DNA of 64,000 bases from positions 100,733 to 164,732 of the forward strand of contig JBNASD010000001.1 of the NCBI GenBank assembly GCA_049720225.1. The letters run 5' to 3'. Source of the DNA: Microgenomates group bacterium. Its GTDB lineage: Bacteria > Patescibacteriota > Microgenomatia > PFEM01 > JBNASD01. Below, piece after piece: positions 36,712 to 46,835 of this stretch; the stretch's first letter is position 1, and every line of letters starts with the position of its first letter. The position numbers and the translations under genes are program-made. The notes under the pieces are model-generated. The model saw only the letters and a list, made by a program, of their open reading frames with translations, had not been told where the DNA came from and did no database searches.

Positions 36712-38105
36712 TCCTCCTCAATTTTTTTCCCAATCTGAAAAAGCAATTCCTCTTTAAATTGAGGAGCAATAAGTTGAACTCCTACCGGTAAATTATCAAT
36801 TAGTCCTACTGGAATGCTTATTCCCGGTAAACCAGCTAAACTAGCGGGAATAGTAAAAATATCCGAAAGATACATTTGTAAAGGATTGCTAATTTTTTCT
36901 CCTAATTTAAACGACAAACTAGGAGAAACCGGCGTTAAAATTAAATCCACTTTTTCAAATGCTTTTTGGAAATCTTGTCTAATTAAAGTCCTTACTTTCA
37001 TTGCCTGAAGGTAATAAGCATCATAATAACCAGCGGAAAGAACATAAGTTCCTAACATTATTCTTCTTTTGGCTTCTGCCCCAAATTTTTCTCGGCCAAA
37101 ACCAAATCTGATTCCATCGTATCGAGCTAAATTTGAAGACACTTCTGCTGGTTGAATAATATAATAAACGGAGACCGCATATTTCGTTAAAGGTAAAGAA
37201 ATCTCTTTAATTTTTACTCCCTTTTTTTCCAATAACTTCGCCGTTTCTAAAACTCTTTTTTCAATTCTTTTATCAATTCCTTTAATAAAATATTCTTTAG
37301 GAATTCCTATTTTTAATCCTTTTATCGGTTTTTTCATTTCAGAAAGATAATCCGGGACTGGTAAAGGAGAAGTGGTGGCATCGTTTTCATCTTTTCCCGC
37401 GGTAATTTTTAAAACTAAAGCGGAATCAGTAACATCCTTGGTAAAATGACCAATCGTGTCTAAAGAAGAAGCCATGGCGATTACCCCAAATCGCGATACC
37501 CGTCCATAACTTGGTTTTAATCCCACCACTCCACAAAAACCTGCCGGTTGCCTAATCGAACCGCCGGTATCAGTCCCGGTAGCAATTAACGCCATCTTTC
37601 CGGCAATTGCCACCGCCGAACCACTACTGGAACCACCAGGAACGCGGGTTAAATCGTAAGGGTTTTTAGTTGGTCCAAAATCAGAATTTTCTCCCGATGA
37701 GCCGTGCCCCCAAGCATCACAATTAGCTTTTCCGACAATAATTGCTCCTGCCTCTTTTAATTTTTTTACCACCGTCCCATCGTAGGGGGGAATCCAGTCT
37801 TCTAAAACTTTTGAGCCCGCGGTCGTTCTTATTCCTTCGGTAACAAATAAATCTTTATGAACAACGGGAACTCCTAACAGCGGAAATTTTTCAATTAATT
37901 TTTCGTTCCCCTGTTTTTTAATTAATAAATCCCATTTTTTAGCTTCCGTTTTTGCCTCCTTGAAACAAGGAGTAATTAAAGCATTTAATTGGGGATTTAG
38001 TTTTTCTATTTTTTCTAAAAAAGCACTAATTATTTCTTGGCAAGAAATTTCTTTCTTTTTAAGTTTTTCTTGAAGTTGGAAAATCGTTAAGTCGGCAAGG
38101 TCCAT
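36702..38105 (-). CDS. gatA: Asp/Glu-tRNA amidotransferase subunit A
   Basis: Amidase signature PGGSSSGSA, GTDTGGSIRQPA; KRRIMLGTY. Confidence 0.98.
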   Translation of the reverse strand: MDLADLTIFQLQEKLKKKEISCQEIISAFLEKIEKLNPQLNALITPCFKEAKTEAKKWDLLIKKQGNEKLIEKFPLLGVPVVHKDLFVTEGIRTTAGSKVLEDWIPPYDGTVVKKLKEAGAIIVGKANCDAWGHGSSGENSDFGPTKNPYDLTRVPGGSSSGSAVAIAGKMALIATGTDTGGSIRQPAGFCGVVGLKPSYGRVSRFGVIAMASSLDTIGHFTKDVTDSALVLKITAGKDENDATTSPLPVPDYLSEMKKPIKGLKIGIPKEYFIKGIDKRIEKRVLETAKLLEKKGVKIKEISLPLTKYAVSVYYIIQPAEVSSNLARYDGIRFGFGREKFGAEAKRRIMLGTYVLSAGYYDAYYLQAMKVRTLIRQDFQKAFEKVDLILTPVSPSLSFKLGEKISNPLQMYLSDIFTIPASLAGLPGISIPVGLIDNLPVGVQLIAPQFKEELLFQIGKKIEEDWQ

Positions 38106-38111
38106 TTTTAT

Positions 38112-38399
38112 TTATTTTTCTAAAATTGCCTTTACTTTAAAAAATCCTTTAACTTTTGCTTTGCCTTCCCGAAGGGCTACTTGGGAAGATAAACCAGGTT
38201 TAACTTCGTCTGGTCGAAAAACATTTTCTAAAGCAGTTACTTGAGCCGTTGGTTCAACCTCTTTAGTGTTCAACTTCCTTAAAACTCTGATGTGGTTTAA
38301 TATTTCTGATAACTGGCGCGAATAGATTTCTAATTCCTTGGCAGTCAAAGATAAACACGCCAGTTTAGCAATATGTTTTACCTGGGCTTTAGTTAACAT
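38112..38399 (-). CDS. gatC: Asp/Glu-tRNA amidotransferase subunit C
   Basis: VKHIAKLA.L, VEPT, GFFKV; upstream of gatA. Confidence 0.92.
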   Translation of the reverse strand: MLTKAQVKHIAKLACLSLTAKELEIYSRQLSEILNHIRVLRKLNTKEVEPTAQVTALENVFRPDEVKPGLSSQVALREGKAKVKGFFKVKAILEK

Positions 38400-38406
38400 T
38401 TATTTT

Positions 38407-39303
38407 TTAAACCATTTCTTTAAGACGCCTAATTCTTTCTTCAATCGGAGGATGGGTGCTAAATAAATTGGCAAACCAACCAACATTATTTTTAAGATTT
38501 TTCAAAGGATTAACAATATAAAGATGGGCAGTAGCTTTATTAGCAACTTCTAATGGTTCTTTATCTTTAGCAATTTTTTCTAGCGCAGAAGCCAGACCCA
38601 AAGGATAGCGGGTTAGCATTACCGCCGATGAATCAGCTAAAAATTCTCTTCTTCGAGATAAAGCCAACTGAATCAAACGGGCAATTAAGGGAGAAAGGAG
38701 AGCTAAAATGATTCCTATTAAAAGGAAAATTTCTCCTCCTCGTTTATACTCTCTACTTTTTCCTCCGCTTCCCATTCTTAAAAACCAATCACCTAATAAA
38801 CTAATCATTCCCACTAAAATGGTAACAATACTCATTAGCCGAATATCATAATTTTTAATATGGGAAATTTCGTGAGCAATTACCCCCTCTAATTCCGTCC
38901 GATTTAGTTTTTCCAATAAACCGCGGGTAGCACAAATCACCGCATGCTGGGGGTCTCTTCCGGTAGCAAAAGCATTAGGAGCAGAATCCTCAATTACATA
39001 AAGTTTTGGCATCGGGATTTGGGCCGCCATTGCCAAATTTTCCGTGACTGTATAAAAATTGAAATCCCTTTCTCTATCTGCCAAGCGAGCGTTAGAAATA
39101 ATCAAAATTAACTTATCTCCCCACCAATAACTGGAAAAACTAATTAATCCCGAAAAAATTAATGCCAATCCTACTACATCCCAACCATAACCAAAAGCTT
39201 TGGCCATTAACCAGACCACTGCCGTGATAAAAACGACAAATAAAATCATAATCAAAGCACTTCTTTTCTTATTGCTTTCTTGAACTTCATAAACGTTAAG
39301 CAT
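38407..39303 (-). CDS. htpX: Zinc metalloprotease HtpX (M48)
   Basis: PNAFATG, HEISH, SRRREFLAD, STHP. Confidence 0.95.
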   Translation of the reverse strand: MLNVYEVQESNKKRSALIMILFVVFITAVVWLMAKAFGYGWDVVGLALIFSGLISFSSYWWGDKLILIISNARLADRERDFNFYTVTENLAMAAQIPMPKLYVIEDSAPNAFATGRDPQHAVICATRGLLEKLNRTELEGVIAHEISHIKNYDIRLMSIVTILVGMISLLGDWFLRMGSGGKSREYKRGGEIFLLIGIILALLSPLIARLIQLALSRRREFLADSSAVMLTRYPLGLASALEKIAKDKEPLEVANKATAHLYIVNPLKNLKNNVGWFANLFSTHPPIEERIRRLKEMV

Positions 39304-39325
39304 TTCCTTTTCCTCCTTTTTTATT

Positions 39326-39916
39326 TTATTCCAATTTTACTTTCGGTGTTTTTAGTTCTTCTTCTTTAACCTCTATATGTTCTCCTTCCTCAGGAGCTTT
39401 CAATCCTACCTCTGGTTTAAAATTAAACAATTTTCCCACTAAATTTGAAGGAAAAGTCGCCAGCATCACATTATAATCGGCCGTTAAGTCAATTAAAGTT
39501 CTTCGGGCATACATTACTTTATCAGCGGTATCTCTTAATTCATCCATTAACTTCATTGTTGGCTCCGCTGAGCGTAATTGGGGGGTGGATTCAAACAATG
39601 CCCTAATTGGCGCGAGCGCTTGATTAAGTTTTTCGCTGGCATTAACTAGTTTTTGCGCTTCTTGACTACTAATTGCTTCCATCACTACTTTTCGCGCTTC
39701 GGTTATTTTTTCAAAAATTTCCTTTTCTTGCTTAAAATACCCTTTTACTGCTTCTGTTAAATTCGGAATTAAGTCTGCCTGTCTTTTTAACTGATTACCA
39801 ATTTCCTGAATTGAAGCTTTGATTCTCGTTTTCGTAGCGACAAAGCGATTATAAATACTCCAAATATAAACCCCTATTCCTAATAAAATAACCAGGAGAA
39901 TTAAAGGTAAATTCAT
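39326..39916 (-). CDS. lemA: LemA family protein
   Basis: YNRF...QLKRQADLIPNL...FPSNLV; adjacent to htpX. Confidence 0.9.
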   Translation of the reverse strand: MNLPLILLVILLGIGVYIWSIYNRFVATKTRIKASIQEIGNQLKRQADLIPNLTEAVKGYFKQEKEIFEKITEARKVVMEAISSQEAQKLVNASEKLNQALAPIRALFESTPQLRSAEPTMKLMDELRDTADKVMYARRTLIDLTADYNVMLATFPSNLVGKLFNFKPEVGLKAPEEGEHIEVKEEELKTPKVKLE

Positions 39917-39954
39917 TTTTTTTCACCTCCTTTCTTGACTGCTCACTTATTACT

Positions 39955-41769
39955 TTAGTTTTTTAGTTTTAACTTCTTTATTATTGTATCACAATCTAAA
40001 GTATTAACAATATCTTTTTTTTCTGCCCAACCACGACGCGCCACCGCCACCCCATATTCCATTAAATAAAGATGATCAAAAGCATGAGAATCGGTATTAA
40101 TAATCATTTTCACACCGTTTTTCACCGCTTCTCTCACTAGACTATCGGGTAAATCTAATCGATCCGGCCAAGCATTAATTTCTAACCATTTATCATATTT
40201 TAAACAAAAAGCAAAAATTTTCTCCCAATCTAATTCATATCCTTCTCGTTTACCGATTTTTCTTCCTGTAGGATGACCAAGAATTTTCACTTTAGGATGA
40301 GCCAAGGCCCGCAAAATCCTTTTAGTCATTTTTTTTCTTGGCATTCGAAAATTACTATGAACAGAAGCAATTGCATAATCTAAATAACTAAAGGCTTTAT
40401 CTGGCAACGCTAATTCTCCATTTGGTTTTATATCTATCTCAAGACCATTAAATACTTTTTTGAGTAATTTATTTACTCTTGAGTAATTTATTTTATCAAT
40501 ATAATCTTTTTTTCTCTTAATTAATTCAATTATTTGTTTTTCAGTATGCTGAGACTGAGAAGGATTATGCTCGGCAAAACCAAGATATTCATAACCCAGA
40601 TTTTCGGCGGAGACAATCATTTTTTCAATCGTATCTTGGCCAGGATCGTGACTTTCTTCAATTGGAAAATTGGAATGAGTATGAAGATCTCCCTTAATAT
40701 CTTTTAGAGTGACTAAATTAGGTAGTTTTCCTTTTTGTGCCGCCTCTATTTCGCCGGTGTCTTCTCTTAATTCTGGAGGAATCCAAGGCAACCCTAAAGC
40801 TTGATAGAATTCTTCTTCATTGGCAAATTCATAAATTTTCATTTTTGAGTTATAGTTTTTCATTTTAAGTTTTTGTCCCGCTAATTTTTTTACTACTTTA
40901 ATCCCATATTCCGATAAACTCAAACCCATTTTTAAAGCGAGTTCTCGTAAATGAATATTATGTTGTTTGCTTCCGGTAAAATATTGAAGCATTGCCCCAT
41001 AAGCGGTCGGTCTTTGCACTCTTAAATCAACCTGCCTTCCATTGGTTAAAACTACCGAAGTGCCCGAGGGTCCTTTTTCGATGATTTTTCTAATTTTTGG
41101 AAATTTTAAAAAATAACTAATTACTTTTTCTGGCTGATTAGTCGCCACCGCAATATCGATATCTCCCACGGTGGCGGTTTTTCTTCTTAAACTTCCCAAG
41201 GGATCAGCTCTTAATACCGCGGAATTTTTTTCCAAATAACTAAGAATTTCCTTGGTCATTTCCCAGGCATAAGGTAAATTCATTCGATTTTCCTTAATTT
41301 CTCCCTTTTTAAATGCCGCTATTGCTTCTAAAATATTTTTTTGCGAAGTTTCTCCAAAAGTTTCAATTAAGGCAATTTTTCCTTCTTTTCCTGCTTTTTC
41401 TAATTTATCAATTGCTCCTTTTGCTTCCCAAATTCCCAATTCTTGACAAAGTTTATAAGCCCGTTTAGCCCCTAAACCAGGAAGTTCTAGCAATTCAAAC
41501 ATTGCTGGAGGAAGATTTTTCATTAAATTTTCAAAGTGTTTCACTCTACCGGTTCTAAAAAGTTCATCTAAATGACTGGCAATACTTTTGCCAATTCCCG
41601 GAACTTCATCTAATTTTCCATCATCCCATAAATCTTTTAATTCAGAGGTGGCATGCTCTACTGCGGTGGCCGCTCGATCATAAGCCATTACTTTAAATTT
41701 ATTTCCTCCCTTTACTTCATAAGCAGCGGCGACCGACCGAAGAAGTTTAGCGATTTCCTGATTGTTCAT
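39955..41769 (-). CDS. polX: DNA polymerase X / PHP-domain protein
   Basis: GSLRR..TVGDIDI, YFTGSKQHN, GDLHTHS, INTDSH. Confidence 0.95.
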   Translation of the reverse strand: MNNQEIAKLLRSVAAAYEVKGGNKFKVMAYDRAATAVEHATSELKDLWDDGKLDEVPGIGKSIASHLDELFRTGRVKHFENLMKNLPPAMFELLELPGLGAKRAYKLCQELGIWEAKGAIDKLEKAGKEGKIALIETFGETSQKNILEAIAAFKKGEIKENRMNLPYAWEMTKEILSYLEKNSAVLRADPLGSLRRKTATVGDIDIAVATNQPEKVISYFLKFPKIRKIIEKGPSGTSVVLTNGRQVDLRVQRPTAYGAMLQYFTGSKQHNIHLRELALKMGLSLSEYGIKVVKKLAGQKLKMKNYNSKMKIYEFANEEEFYQALGLPWIPPELREDTGEIEAAQKGKLPNLVTLKDIKGDLHTHSNFPIEESHDPGQDTIEKMIVSAENLGYEYLGFAEHNPSQSQHTEKQIIELIKRKKDYIDKINYSRVNKLLKKVFNGLEIDIKPNGELALPDKAFSYLDYAIASVHSNFRMPRKKMTKRILRALAHPKVKILGHPTGRKIGKREGYELDWEKIFAFCLKYDKWLEINAWPDRLDLPDSLVREAVKNGVKMIINTDSHAFDHLYLMEYGVAVARRGWAEKKDIVNTLDCDTIIKKLKLKN

Positions 41770-41835
41770 TTTTAATGAAAATCTTATCACAAAAATTGAC
41801 TGTTTCTCAATCTTTTGTTAATATTATTTTAAATT

Positions 41836-41912
41836 GGGGTTGTAGCTCAACTGGTCAGAGCATCCGCCTGTCACGCGGAAGGTTGCGGGTTCGAGCCCCG
41901 TCAACCCCGCCA
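41836..41912 (+). tRNA. tRNA-Asp(GTC)
   Basis: Anticodon arm TCCGC-CTGTCAC-GCGGA; encoded CCA. Confidence 0.95.
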
Positions 41913-41972
41913 GATTCTGCCCTCCCCCCAAAGGGGATTCTGCCCAGAAAGGAGGATTCCAATCGCTAAAAA

Positions 41973-42539
41973 GTGGAAAAATTAAAAAAGTTCCTTAAAA
42001 AAATAAAAGACAATGAATCTTTAATTAGTCTGGTTTTAGGAATTTTGGTCGTTTTGGTCGCCGGTGCCTTGGTGATTAACTATTTTCGCAACCGACCAAA
42101 GACTTCTTTGGTAGAAGAAGAAACTGTAAAACAAGAAACAACAACAGAAACTCAACAAGAAACCCAAAAATTGCCTACCTTATATACCGTTAAAAAGGGA
42201 GATAATCTTTGGAAAATTGCTGAAGAAATTTATGGTTCAGGATACAACTGGGTGGATTTAGCCAAAGAGAATAATTTAAAAAATCCCAATATTTTATTAA
42301 TTGGTCAAGAATTAAAGGTACCGCCGGTAGAACCAAAAACCATTACTAAGAAACCAGTAGCCAGCGTTGGTAGTCCAATTGAGGGAGATACCTATACCGT
42401 CGTTAAGGGTGATCATCTTTGGGGTATTGCTTTACGGGCTTATGGCGATGGTTACCAATGGGTGAAAATCGCTCGGGAAAATAAATTGGCTAATCCTAAT
42501 TTAATTCATCCGGGGAATGTTTTAAAAATCCCCCGCTAA
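41973..42539 (+). CDS. Membrane-anchored protein with two LysM domains
   Basis: YTVKKGDNLWKIA..N.L.NPN and YTVVKGDHLWGIA..NPNLI. Confidence 0.92.
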   Translation: MEKLKKFLKKIKDNESLISLVLGILVVLVAGALVINYFRNRPKTSLVEEETVKQETTTETQQETQKLPTLYTVKKGDNLWKIAEEIYGSGYNWVDLAKENNLKNPNILLIGQELKVPPVEPKTITKKPVASVGSPIEGDTYTVVKGDHLWGIALRAYGDGYQWVKIARENKLANPNLIHPGNVLKIPR

Positions 42540-42576
42540 ATAAATGTTATAATTTTTATAATATTTATTTCTTAAC

Positions 42577-42647
42577 GCGGGATTAGTTGAGCGGTTCAAC
42601 GCCACCTTCCCAAGGTGGAAAGACGGGTTCGACTCCCGTATCCCGCT
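42577..42647 (+). tRNA. tRNA-Gly(CCC)
   Basis: Anticodon arm CCACC-TTCCCAA-GGTGG. Confidence 0.92.
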
Positions 42648-42669
42648 CTCTTTTTTGATAAAGAAAAAA

Positions 42670-44064
42670 ATGGGTTTTAAAAAATCAATAATCTTTTTTG
42701 TTTTTTTTCTCCTCTTCAGTTTTTTTACTCCGTCAGTAAAAGCCAACGAAGAAATTAATAAATTTGGCATTCATATTTTAGAACCAACTGATATTCCTTT
42801 AGCCGCCCAACTAGTAAATTCTTCTGGTGGTGATTGGGGGTGGGTAACTATCGTGATTCGCGATAATGATTTAAATTTTCAAAAATGGCAGCAATTTATG
42901 AATCTTTGTCGAGAAAACCACCTTATTCCTTTAGTTCGCTTGGCTACTCATCCGGAAAATGATATTTGGGTAAAACCTAAACTTTCTGATAGCCAAAAAT
43001 GGGTAGAATTTCTTAATCAGCTTAATTGGCCAGTAAAAGACCGTTATTTAATTATTTTTAATGAGCCAAATCATGCCAAAGAATGGGGAGGGGAAATTAA
43101 TCCTCAAGAATATGCTCAAATATTAGCGACCTTTGCCTCCGAATTTAAAAAAACTAATCCTAATTTTCAAATTCTTAATGCCGGTTTTGATTTAGCCGCC
43201 CCTAATTCTTCAAAAACAATGGATGTTTTCTTATTTTGGCAAAAAATGACTCAAGCGGTGCCAGGAATTTTTAATCTTTTAGATGGTTGGGCCTCTCATT
43301 CTTATCCCAATCATGGATTTAAAGGAAAACCAACTGACGTGGGAAAAGCTACTATCAGGGGTTATCAGTGGGAAATAAAAATGCTTAAAAAATATTTTGA
43401 ACTTAAAAAGGATTTGCCCGTTTTTATTACCGAAACTGGCTGGCCAAAAAAAAGTAAACAAAATTCTCTCTTTTATCCTGAAAAAACAACCGCCGAATAT
43501 TTAAAAACCGCCTTTCTTGACCTTTGGTTAAAAGATAAATCAATTAAAGCAATTACCCCTTTTGTTTTAAACTATCCCCAACCCCCTTTTGAAGAATTTT
43601 CTTGGATAGACGCTCAAGGGAATTTTTCTTATCAATACGAAGTAATAAAAAATCTTCCTAAAAAAAATTGGTGGCCCCCTCAGGAAGAAAAATACCAAAT
43701 AATTAAAATCTTAACCCCTCCTTTTATGCTTACCAAAAGCAAATTTCAGGGAAAAGCAATAATTAAAAATGTTGGTCAATCAATTTTAGGAGAAAAAGAA
43801 GAGTTTATTATTCCCTCAAAATCAACTAATTCTTCTTTAGTTTATCTTTCCCCTCTAATTCTTAAAGAAAAATTGAAACCTTTTGAAGAAGGAACATTAG
43901 AATTTTTGTTAATAACTTCTACTTCTTCTGGAGAATTTAATTTAGGGTGGGAAAATGGCTTGAGTTTTCAGTTGCGCGTTTTTCAGCCGAGTGTAATTAA
44001 AAAAATCGAATATTCTTTTTGGGAAAAAATCCTTTTGAAAATTAAGGAAATTTTTAACTTTTAG
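42670..44064 (+). CDS. Secreted clan GH-A glycoside hydrolase-like protein
   Basis: Signal peptide; FNEPN acid/base and ITETGW nucleophile motifs; SHSY. Confidence 0.75.
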   Translation: MGFKKSIIFFVFFLLFSFFTPSVKANEEINKFGIHILEPTDIPLAAQLVNSSGGDWGWVTIVIRDNDLNFQKWQQFMNLCRENHLIPLVRLATHPENDIWVKPKLSDSQKWVEFLNQLNWPVKDRYLIIFNEPNHAKEWGGEINPQEYAQILATFASEFKKTNPNFQILNAGFDLAAPNSSKTMDVFLFWQKMTQAVPGIFNLLDGWASHSYPNHGFKGKPTDVGKATIRGYQWEIKMLKKYFELKKDLPVFITETGWPKKSKQNSLFYPEKTTAEYLKTAFLDLWLKDKSIKAITPFVLNYPQPPFEEFSWIDAQGNFSYQYEVIKNLPKKNWWPPQEEKYQIIKILTPPFMLTKSKFQGKAIIKNVGQSILGEKEEFIIPSKSTNSSLVYLSPLILKEKLKPFEEGTLEFLLITSTSSGEFNLGWENGLSFQLRVFQPSVIKKIEYSFWEKILLKIKEIFNF

Positions 44065-44092
44065 GTTAATTTTGCTAAAATTAAAAAGATTG

Positions 44093-44164
44093 GCTGGCGT
44101 AGCTCAGAGGCAGAGCAACGGTTTCGTAAACCGTCGGTCGTGGGTTCGAGTCCCACCGCCAGCT
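44093..44164 (+). tRNA. tRNA-Thr(CGT)
   Basis: Anticodon arm ACGGT-TTCGTAA-ACCGT. Confidence 0.95.
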
Positions 44165-44173
44165 CTTATTCAA

Positions 44174-44890
44174 ATGAAAAAATTTTCTTCATCACGTTTA
44201 GAAAGAATAAGAGAAAAAAAGGAAATTCGAAGGGCAGTTCTTTTTTTAATTCTTTCTTTTTTTCTTCTTTTTCTTTTTATCAATTGGGGTTTTCCCGGAT
44301 TGATAAAATTAGCAGTTTACCTAGGAAACCTAAAAAGCAACAGCGGTAATCAAAAAGACGACATTATTCCTCCTCCACCTCCTACTTTTTCCTTTATTCC
44401 CGAAGCCACTTCTTCAGCCACCATTAATCTTGCTGGCTTTGCCGAACCAGGAGTAAAAGTAGAAATTTTTCTCAATGGTGAAAAAGAAAAAGAAGTAATC
44501 AGCCTTCAAGACGGCACTTTTTCTACCGGAACAATAGTCCTTAATGAAGGAGAAAACGAACTTTATATTAAAGCGATTGATAACGCTGGCAACCAAAGTC
44601 AACCTTCGGAAAAATTTAAAATTATTTATGACGCTACCCCTCCAGAATTAATAATTGAAAAACCAAAAGATGGCGATACTTTTTATAATTTAGATAACAA
44701 AATTGAAATTAAAGGAAAAAGTGAGCCTGACGTTCAAATAACAGTCAATGACCACTTAGCGATTGTCAATCCTCAAGGAGAATTCAGTTATCCCCTTACC
44801 CTTTCTTTGGGAGAAAACAAAATTAAAATTGTCGCTACCGATATTGCCGGTAACCAAACCGAAAAAGAAATTACAGTTTACTTAGAATAA
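44174..44890 (+). CDS. Membrane-anchored protein with two Ig-like domains
   Basis: TM, then two L..GEN.I...A.D.AGN repeats; start moved to ATG 44174 to avoid tRNA-Thr. Confidence 0.85.
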   Translation: MKKFSSSRLERIREKKEIRRAVLFLILSFFLLFLFINWGFPGLIKLAVYLGNLKSNSGNQKDDIIPPPPPTFSFIPEATSSATINLAGFAEPGVKVEIFLNGEKEKEVISLQDGTFSTGTIVLNEGENELYIKAIDNAGNQSQPSEKFKIIYDATPPELIIEKPKDGDTFYNLDNKIEIKGKSEPDVQITVNDHLAIVNPQGEFSYPLTLSLGENKIKIVATDIAGNQTEKEITVYLE

Positions 44891-46013
44891 TCGCCAACCA
44901 GCCCATTACCCAAGGATAAAATAAAGTGTTATTAAAAAAAGAATGAATTATTACCGCCACTAAAGAAGCAAAAATTAACGGTGATTTTTTAATTGCGTGG
45001 CAAAAAATTTCTCTCAATAAAAACAACACTGCTATTCCTCCTAAGATTCCGGTGGTAGCAAGAATGAACAAAAAGCTATTATCTACCCCTGCCCCCGAAT
45101 GAGAAATCAACCATTTCTCTTCGTCCAAAAAACCATATTTTCTTTGAGTATAGCGGTAGGTATTAAAGCCTACCCCTAAAAGAGGATTATCTTTAAAAAT
45201 AATCATCGCCTGGTACCAATTTTTTACTCGGGCTTCTATTGAAAAAACTCTTTCTAACTTTACCCCCTCCCCTCCCCATTTTCTTGGCAAAATTATAACC
45301 GTTATAAAAATTATTAAAATTATTAAAGGAATTATTTTTATTTTTTTCTTTAAAATCGCTAAACTGGCAATTCCCCCCAAAAAAGCCAAATAAGAAGCCC
45401 GGGAATAAGTTAAGGCCAAAGATAGATAGCCAATAATTAAAAGGAAATAATAAATAGCTTTTTTTTGAAAATTTTCTATTATTAAAATTAAGGTTAAAAC
45501 TAAAATTATCCCGGTGAAATTGGGGTCTAAAAACGTTCCTACTAGTCGATAAAAATGATCATCCCAGCCAAAAAGACTTAATATTCTTAAATCAGGCCAA
45601 AAAAAATATTGAATTAATCCAAAAATTGCGGTCGCCCCCCCAACCGTTAATAAATATTTTTGCCAATTTTGCCAATTAATCTGTTTTAATAATAAATAAA
45701 ATCCAAAATAAGCGGTTAATCTCAACCAGTAAAGACTGCTAACCAAAATTTCTCTTTTTTCTAAAAAAGGAATTTTAACAATTAAAGACAACCCGGCAAT
45801 TCCTAAAAAAATAATCATTAACTTTGCTAATCTCTCAATTTTTTCTCTCGTTATTCCAATCAAACCAATTAGACCACTTACTCCAATTATTAAATCAGTT
45901 AAATAAATATTTACTTCAGGAAAATTAGCCATTTTTATCGGTAAACGTGCCAATTGTCCAAAAGGAAATAAAACTAAATATAAAAAAATTAATCCCTCAC
46001 TAATTTTTTTCAT
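44871..46013 (-). CDS. O-antigen ligase / Wzy_C family membrane protein
   Basis: RLVGTFLDPN, LTYSRAS, PLLGVGFN motifs. Confidence 0.88.
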   Translation of the reverse strand: MKKISEGLIFLYLVLFPFGQLARLPIKMANFPEVNIYLTDLIIGVSGLIGLIGITREKIERLAKLMIIFLGIAGLSLIVKIPFLEKREILVSSLYWLRLTAYFGFYLLLKQINWQNWQKYLLTVGGATAIFGLIQYFFWPDLRILSLFGWDDHFYRLVGTFLDPNFTGIILVLTLILIIENFQKKAIYYFLLIIGYLSLALTYSRASYLAFLGGIASLAILKKKIKIIPLIILIIFITVIILPRKWGGEGVKLERVFSIEARVKNWYQAMIIFKDNPLLGVGFNTYRYTQRKYGFLDEEKWLISHSGAGVDNSFLFILATTGILGGIAVLFLLREIFCHAIKKSPLIFASLVAVIIHSFFNNTLFYPWVMGWLAIILSKL

Positions 46014-46807
46014 TTTTTTTCCAAAAAATATAATTTTGCTTGAGCTAAAAAAGAATGAAAGCTCATCATTAAACTAACAATTAATCCCGGCGTTCCATCT
46101 AAAAACCCAAATTTAAAAAAATAATTTTTTAAAAATTTTCCCAAAGGATAAAAAATAATTTTTTTCAAAGACGCTTTTTTCCCTTCTTCCTTAAGGGCTT
46201 TTGCGTGTAAAGTAGAATAAAAGTCTATTTTCTTTACAAACTCATTAATTGTTGAATGAGGATAATGCCATAAGGGGTTTTTAAATTCCCCTATCTTTCC
46301 TTTTACTTCCCACACTTCATGAACTGGTCTTTTCCACTGACCTGCTGTTTTCTTTGCTAATCGTAAAAGCCTAACTTCGCCTATCTCTCCATGCTTTAGC
46401 CATCTTCCCCCAAAAAAATCCCACCGCTTAAAATAAAAACCGTTATATTTATCTTTTTTAATTGCCTCTTTTATTTCTTTTTTTAGTTCGGGAGAAACTT
46501 TTTCATCCGCGTCAATAAATAAAACCCATTCTCCTTTTGCCTTTTTTAAACCAAAATTTCTTTGTTTGGCAAAATTTCCCTCCAAACCTCTTTTATAAAT
46601 TTTTACTTTTAATTTCCCTTTTTGAACATTTGAATATTTGAACATTTGAACATTTTTTCTTGAACATTCGAACATTCGAACATTTTTTATTGTTTTATCT
46701 TCCGAAAAATCATCAATTATAATTATTTCATCGCACCAACTTAAACTTTTTAAGCAACCCAAAATATTTTTTTCTTCATTTTTAGTTAAAACTATCGCCG
46801 AAATCAT
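46010..46807 (-). CDS. Glycosyltransferase family 2 (WaaE/KdtX-like)
   Basis: LTKNEE, IDDFSEDKT, FAKQRN, WVLFIDADE, VHE. Confidence 0.92.
   Translation of the reverse strand: MISAIVLTKNEEKNILGCLKSLSWCDEIIIIDDFSEDKTIKNVRMFECSRKNVQMFKYSNVQKGKLKVKIYKRGLEGNFAKQRNFGLKKAKGEWVLFIDADEKVSPELKKEIKEAIKKDKYNGFYFKRWDFFGGRWLKHGEIGEVRLLRLAKKTAGQWKRPVHEVWEVKGKIGEFKNPLWHYPHSTINEFVKKIDFYSTLHAKALKEEGKKASLKKIIFYPLGKFLKNYFFKFGFLDGTPGLIVSLMMSFHSFLAQAKLYFLEKK
46622..46684. repeat. Intragenic 8-mer tandem repeat, 7 units in two blocks
   Basis: TTGAACAT/TTGAATAT/TCGAACAT units inside the GT2 gene. Confidence 0.85.
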
Positions 46808-46835
46808 TTTATAAGCATTACAACTTTTATAATTT

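Noticed and set aside
41913-41960. GATTCTGCCC direct repeat after tRNA-Asp as an att site
   Set aside because: Only 10 bp, not part of the tRNA 3' end, and no element lies between the copies.
46622-46684. LexA boxes in the GAAC-rich repeat
   Set aside because: These are direct GAAC repeats with an 8-nt period inside a CDS, not GAAC-N4-GTTC palindromes in a promoter.
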